Shown: one piece after another, positions 62,319 to 64,000 of the stretch
How the letters are laid out: each line of letters opens with the position of its first letter
Numbering within the stretch: position 1 is the first letter of the stretch
NCBI GenBank assembly: GCA_013239625.1
Contig: MU054001.1
Location: 372,001 to 436,000 of the forward strand
DNA from: Lama guanicoe
Taxonomy: Eukaryota
Direction of reading: 5' to 3'
Length of the DNA stretch: 64,000 nt
Position numbers and translations under genes: made by a program
The notes under the pieces: generated by a model
The model's database searches: none
Seen by the model: only the letters and a program-made list of their open reading frames with translations
Told to the model about the DNA's origin: nothing

Positions 62319-63479
62319 CATCTCTAGAAAAGGTTCTGTTGCTACAGAACAAAAGCTGGAAAATCCCCCAGCTGGGGCAATCTAAAGGGCTTTCCCAGTG
62401 CAGCAGTGGGGCTGCTTGTGACCACTCAGCTGCTGCCCTGCCCCACTCTGAGCTGAGGCCAGGGGCTTGGTCTGTGGGTCTGACACCCGGAGTCCGAATA
62501 TCTGTTGGGGGCCCTGCCTGGGAGACACTGGTCCTCCCCACCCGGCCCCTGTGTAGCCTCCCTGAATAAACAATGACCCCTGCTGTCTCCACCAGTTCCG
62601 CCCTTTCAGCCTGGTCTTAGGGCCAGAAAATTGTGGTCCATCTCCAGGTCTGGGGAAACCTTGGGTGCAGAGGTGGGGAGCTGGGGCTGGGACGAAATCT
62701 GGGGCTTTCAAGGGGTGGAGGAGGTGCTAGGGCTGGGCTTGTGCCCCTTCCAGCCTGGGGCTGGGGCACATGGAGCCAGGATGGGAAGCCCAGAGGCTCC
62801 CAGGACCACCTGGCTGCCTACTTGCTGGTCCAGGTTTCCCTGCCCAGGCCTGGATGTGGGGTGTTGGGGGGGAAGCAGGCATCAAGGGGCTCCAGAGATG
62901 GGGGCAGCCCTGGGGGACAGACCCACAGAGATCACGGGCTAAGCAGAGGGAAGTGCTACCCCTGTCCAGGCCTCAGTCTCCCTAGCCCTTGAATGGGAAT
63001 ATCAATGCCTGCTCTCCTGCTCCCCACATGGATTCATTTATGTACTGAGCACAGGCGCCGTAGAACATTCTGGGCATAAAGGGATGAACATCACTGCCTG
63101 GCCCCACAGAGCTCACAGACCCACAAGGACTGAAGCAGGGTGTGGCAAACGTGATACCCAGAAGCTGTGGACATGGCCAGGCCCAGACTACGGAAGGGCT
63201 TGGGACTGGTTTACTGTTTACGCCTTCCTGGGCATGACCTGGGGACTGAGCTGAGGAGAGGCCAGCTGGAAGCTGGGGGTGTGGGTTGCAGGACAAGATA
63301 GATTCTGGATTTCCTTGGCAACTTCTCCATGACCCCCCCATCCCAGATCTACACCCCCTCCAAAGCTGTCCTTGGATGCTTCTTCAGATGAGACGACACC
63401 AGCCCTCCAGGGCTGTGATGGTCCAGCTACTTCTGGGTGATCATGTCCAAGGAAAGAGGAGGCCCTTGGAGCCAGTGAC

Positions 63480-63600
63480 AGTGTGACTAAGATTGTGTGC
63501 TTATGTGTGGACACTTGCCTACATGGGTGTTTGTGTGTGTGTGTGCCTGTGTGGACATATGAGTGCTTATGGATGCTTGCCACAGGCATGCATGTTTCTG

Positions 63601-63631
<31 letters not shown>

Positions 63632-63900
63632 CTGTAAGGATAAGGGGACATGGTCATGTGGATCTCTGTATCTGTGTACTTCTCCAGGTGTGTGTAAGCG
63701 CAGGTGTGTGTCTGTGCATGTCTGTGTCAGCACATACCTGGGTGTGTGCATGACATTGTGGCCTGAGTGTGCCTCTGTGTTTCTGTGTGAGCACACAGTC
63801 TGAATCTGTATGCACTGCTGCATGAGCTCATGTACATATATCTGGACCTGCAGGGACACGGTCTGTGCATGTGTGTTGGGGGTCTACAGCGGGTGTTTGT
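63480..63900. repeat. (TG)n-rich low-complexity region with a pure (TG)n core near 63604-63630
   Basis: Read directly. Confidence 0.9.
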
Positions 63901-64000
63901 GGTGGGGACAGGGCTACCAGCAACCCGATCCCGTCTCACCTCTCCAGGACCCTAGTCTGAGGAAGGGGCTGCTGCCCTAGATGCTCAAGGCTGAGAGCCC

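Noticed and set aside
63218..63939. Long His/Thr and Cys/Val-rich ORFs (up to 213 aa)
   Set aside because: Products of (TG)n/(CA)n-rich simple sequence
1..64000. Foreign, prokaryotic or viral insert, or a novel protein-coding system
   Set aside because: No segment with long ORFs, codon bias or a compositional break; everything fits mammalian repeats plus unique non-coding DNA

Overview
Mammalian non-coding genomic DNA (gene desert or large intron), most likely camelid (camel/alpaca/llama). The species call rests on two short tRNA-derived SINEs of the camelid Vic-1 type (20293-20400 minus, 51260-51354 plus) and young artiodactyl-type L1 3' ends; I saw no Alu, BovB/Bov-tA, PRE1 or Can-SINE copies. 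I found no credible protein-coding exon, RNA gene, CRISPR array or prokaryotic system. The ORF track is explained by chance ORFs, simple repeats and decayed L1 ORF2. Much of the window is ancient eutherian repeats (MIR, L2, L1M, MLT1/MaLR, LTR16/33-like ERVL, hAT-Charlie MER5/20/58/102, TcMar-Tc2), several nested with visible target-site duplications. The most interesting signal is about ten repeat-free islands rich in TAAT/ATTA, PBX-HOX (TGATNNAT), MEIS and TCF motifs, some retaining CpG. They look like conserved non-coding enhancers of a developmental regulator outside the window; the strongest is about 15770-16750. Repeat subfamily names come from recalled consensus sequences, boundaries are approximate, and conservation could not be measured here.
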